Assembly: GCF_036588685.1 (NCBI RefSeq)
Contig: NC_086377.1
Span: forward strand, 15,128,001-15,192,000
DNA length: 64,000 bases
DNA from: Mytilus trossulus
Taxonomy: Eukaryota
Direction: 5' to 3'
How positions within the stretch are numbered: the first letter of the stretch is position 1; each line of letters starts with the position of its first letter. The translations under genes were made by a program, and so were the position numbers. Positions 61,515 through 64,000 of the stretch are shown one piece after another. Under the pieces are notes generated by a model. It did not search any database. It was not told the DNA's origin and worked only from the letters and a program-made list of their open reading frames with translations.

Positions 61515-61552
61515 CAAGGATTTATATAGTAGTCCTACTATATAAATCCTTG
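61515..61552. mobile_element. 38-bp minimal P-element-like TIR pair
   Basis: 18-bp perfect TIRs caaggatttatatagtag with a 2-nt spacer; 7-bp TSD ataaaca. Confidence 0.6.
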
Positions 61553-62108
61553 ATAAACACAAGCACATTTTAGAAAAGCAAGTGAGTAATCTATGTTTGA
61601 AATTTTGTGGATTTTCTATAGAAATCTTGGTTTATTTGCCACAAAGTGCTCGCTTTGTTTATAAAAAATCCGCAAACCAGAACTGGAAGTTGACAGCAGG
61701 TTCATCAGATGGAAACACTTGTTGGAAACAGTTGGGGTACATCTAATAACCAATGTAAAAAAGTGCCGAAATATGCACCACAATGGCCGTTTATGGAAAA
61801 ATTGGAATGTGTTCTAGTTCCCATCTCTGAATCCCCGAAGTAGATTTTTTTTCAACGCCCCACTGTGGTTAATAATTACTATATGTCTTTGCATATTTCA
61901 AAACATATTTTTCTTCAGGAATTGTTAGCTCTCTAGAACTTTTATTTGTCAGCATATTTTGTTCATATTTATACACGAGCTATATATTATTCATAGCCTC
62001 TCATAGGACAATTTTGAATTTCAGCCAGATTCACTTTTATTTCAAGGAGAAATTGCCCTTTATATGATTGAAAATTTGTCGTTTCCAACTTGTTAGCACT
62101 GATTAGGA

Positions 62109-62577
62109 TTATACCCCGCTTTAAAAAAGGGGGGGGGGGGGTATACTGTTTTAACTCTGTCTGTCCATCCATCAGTCCGTCCCATGAATATTTTTGCATT
62201 TTTACTCAGGAACTACAATACAATGATTTCTGAAATTCTGTTTCAGGGTTTATGTAATACAGCTATACCGTTTGATGTGTTTTCAGATTCATCACTCAAC
62301 AACTTCCTGTTTACCGAATACTTGTATGATTTTACACATGTCTTTGATAGCCAAGTTGAAAATTTTCATCACATTTTTTCAGGAACTACAATACAATGAT
62401 TTCTGAAATTTGGTTTCAGGGTTTATATAAGTCAGCTATACTGTGTGATGTGTTTTCAGATTCATCACTCAACAACTTCCTGTTTACCGAACACTTGCAT
62501 ATTTTTACACTATTAATATTATCCACTTGCGGCGGGGGTATCATCAGTGAGCAGTAGCTTGTAGTTTCACTTGTTTT
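62109..62577 (+). mobile_element. Second HINE family element with two ~170-bp internal repeats
   Basis: 5' ataccccgc...gggtata, (tcc/gtcc) microsatellite, duplicated core, 3' gcgggggtat plus terminal stem-loop. Confidence 0.7.
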
Positions 62578-63134
62578 ATATTTTGAATGGATTAAATTTA
62601 TATTTACATTAGGAAAATGGGGAAGGGGAGGGGGGAATTAGTCCTTTAATATACAAGTAAATATTCCAAATTGTATGTTGAATGTGTCACCATCTTGTTG
62701 GTGTTTTGTTCTCCATCCATTGATTTTCTCTCTTTATGGCACCTCGGTATGGATACTTTTGCTTAAAATGCATAAGCCCAAGAACAGGATTTATGGCTCT
62801 TTGTTTGACAGAAAAGTGTCATTTTTAACGCCTGTCTAATACTGGACATTTTATTGTATACCATTGTCTGTAACTTTCAATTGGTGAATTGTTTATAACA
62901 CATTCTGTTTCAACTTGTCAATATTCTGATTTTGTCAAATAGGGAGAGTATGCAAGAATCTGCTTAATAACACCTCCTTAAAATTTAGATAACTGAGGTT
63001 TCTCCCCATATCTTAGAAGAATTTGACTCCTGTTGATGCAAATCGTTGTCTTTAAGTATTTTCAGCTATTTTGTGAGAAGTACACGATTGCAAATGTACA
63101 TATACTATTTTTTTAGTCTGAGGATTTCAGTCCC

Positions 63135-64000
63135 TTTTTAGCTCACCTGGCCCGAAGGGCCAAGTGAGCTTTTCTCATCACTTGGCGTCCGGCGTCCGGC
63201 GTCGTCCGTCGTCGTCCGTCGTCGTCCGTCGTCGTCTGTCGTCGTCCGTCGTCGTCCGTCGTCGTCGTCGTCCGTCGTCGTTAACTTTTACAAAAATCTT
63301 CTCCTCTGAAACTACTGGGCCAAATCAAACCAAACTTGGCCACAATCATCATTGGGGTATCTAGTTTAAAAAATGTGTGGCGTGACCCGGTCAACCAACC
63401 AAGATGGCCGCCATGGCTAAAAATAGAACATAGGGGTAAAATGCAGTTTTTGGCTTATAACTCAAAAACCAAAGCATTTAGAGCAAATCTGACATGGGGT
63501 AAAAATGTTTATCAGGTCAAGATCTATCTGCCCTGAAATTTTCAGATGAATCGGTCTATCGGTTGTTGGGTTGCTGCCCCTGAATTGGTAATTTTGAAGA
63601 AATTTTGCTGTTTTTGGTTATTATCTTGAATATTATTATAGTTAGAGATAAACTGTAAACAGCAATAATGTTCAGCAAAGTAAGATCTACAAATAAGTCA
63701 ACATGACCAAAATGGTCAGTTGACCCGTTTAGGAGTTATTGCCCTTTATAGTCAATTTTTAACCATTTTTCGTTAATTAAAGTAATCTTTTACAAAAATC
63801 TTCTCCTCTGAAACTACTTGGCCAAATTAATCCAGACTTGGCCACAATCATCTTTGGGGTATCTAGTTTAAAAAATGTGTGGCGTGACCTGGTTAACCAA
63901 CCAAGATGGCCGCCACGGCTAAAAATAGAACAAAGGGGTAAAATGCAGTTTTTGGCTTATAACTCAAAAACCAAAGCATTTTGAGGAAATCTGACATGGG
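63135..64000 (+). mobile_element. HINE element (same family as 32068-34358), cut by the window end
   Basis: Identical 5' structure, expanded (gtc/gtcc)n, ~500-bp tandem core. Confidence 0.88.

Noticed and set aside
1-64000. A single intact Polinton/Maverick, or a prokaryotic/phage origin
   Set aside because: No capsid, adenain protease, rve integrase or paired TIRs recognised; the polymerases are disrupted and from different lineages; spliceosomal introns and metazoan SINEs/LINEs exclude a prokaryotic source

Overview
AT-rich eukaryotic (animal) genomic DNA. The repeat families (HINE/Helentron-type elements with (GTCC)n, V-domain-like SINEs with (AATC)n tails, a 355-bp hammerhead retrozyme) point to a bivalve, most likely Mytilus (inference). 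No conventional host gene is recognisable. The non-repeat backbone is a scrambled mosaic of pieces of Polinton/Maverick (adintovirus)-like DNA viruses. It holds four protein-primed PolB segments from two different lineages (one near-complete, with vOTU-like and endonuclease-VII/HNH domains and a spliceosomal intron), a packaging-ATPase fragment, a tyrosine-recombinase pseudogene and an OB-fold fragment. Around these lie many small, intron-containing accessory genes that the ORF track misses. Manual splicing recovers (i) a family of highly divergent type-I membrane glycoproteins with a C-x-[YF]-x-G-x-G-x-Y ectodomain, a conserved intron position and two alternative terminal exons, (ii) four PC4-like genes, one membrane-anchored and nested antisense in an intron of another, and (iii) circularly permuted, terminally redundant segments suggesting circular or concatemeric intermediates. 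No capsid, retroviral-type integrase, adenain protease or matched pair of Polinton TIRs was found. Younger host transposons (MULE, LINEs, SINEs, HINEs, MITEs, a tRNA-LTR TRIM and a retrozyme) are layered on top. All family assignments are by eye from motifs; no database search was run.
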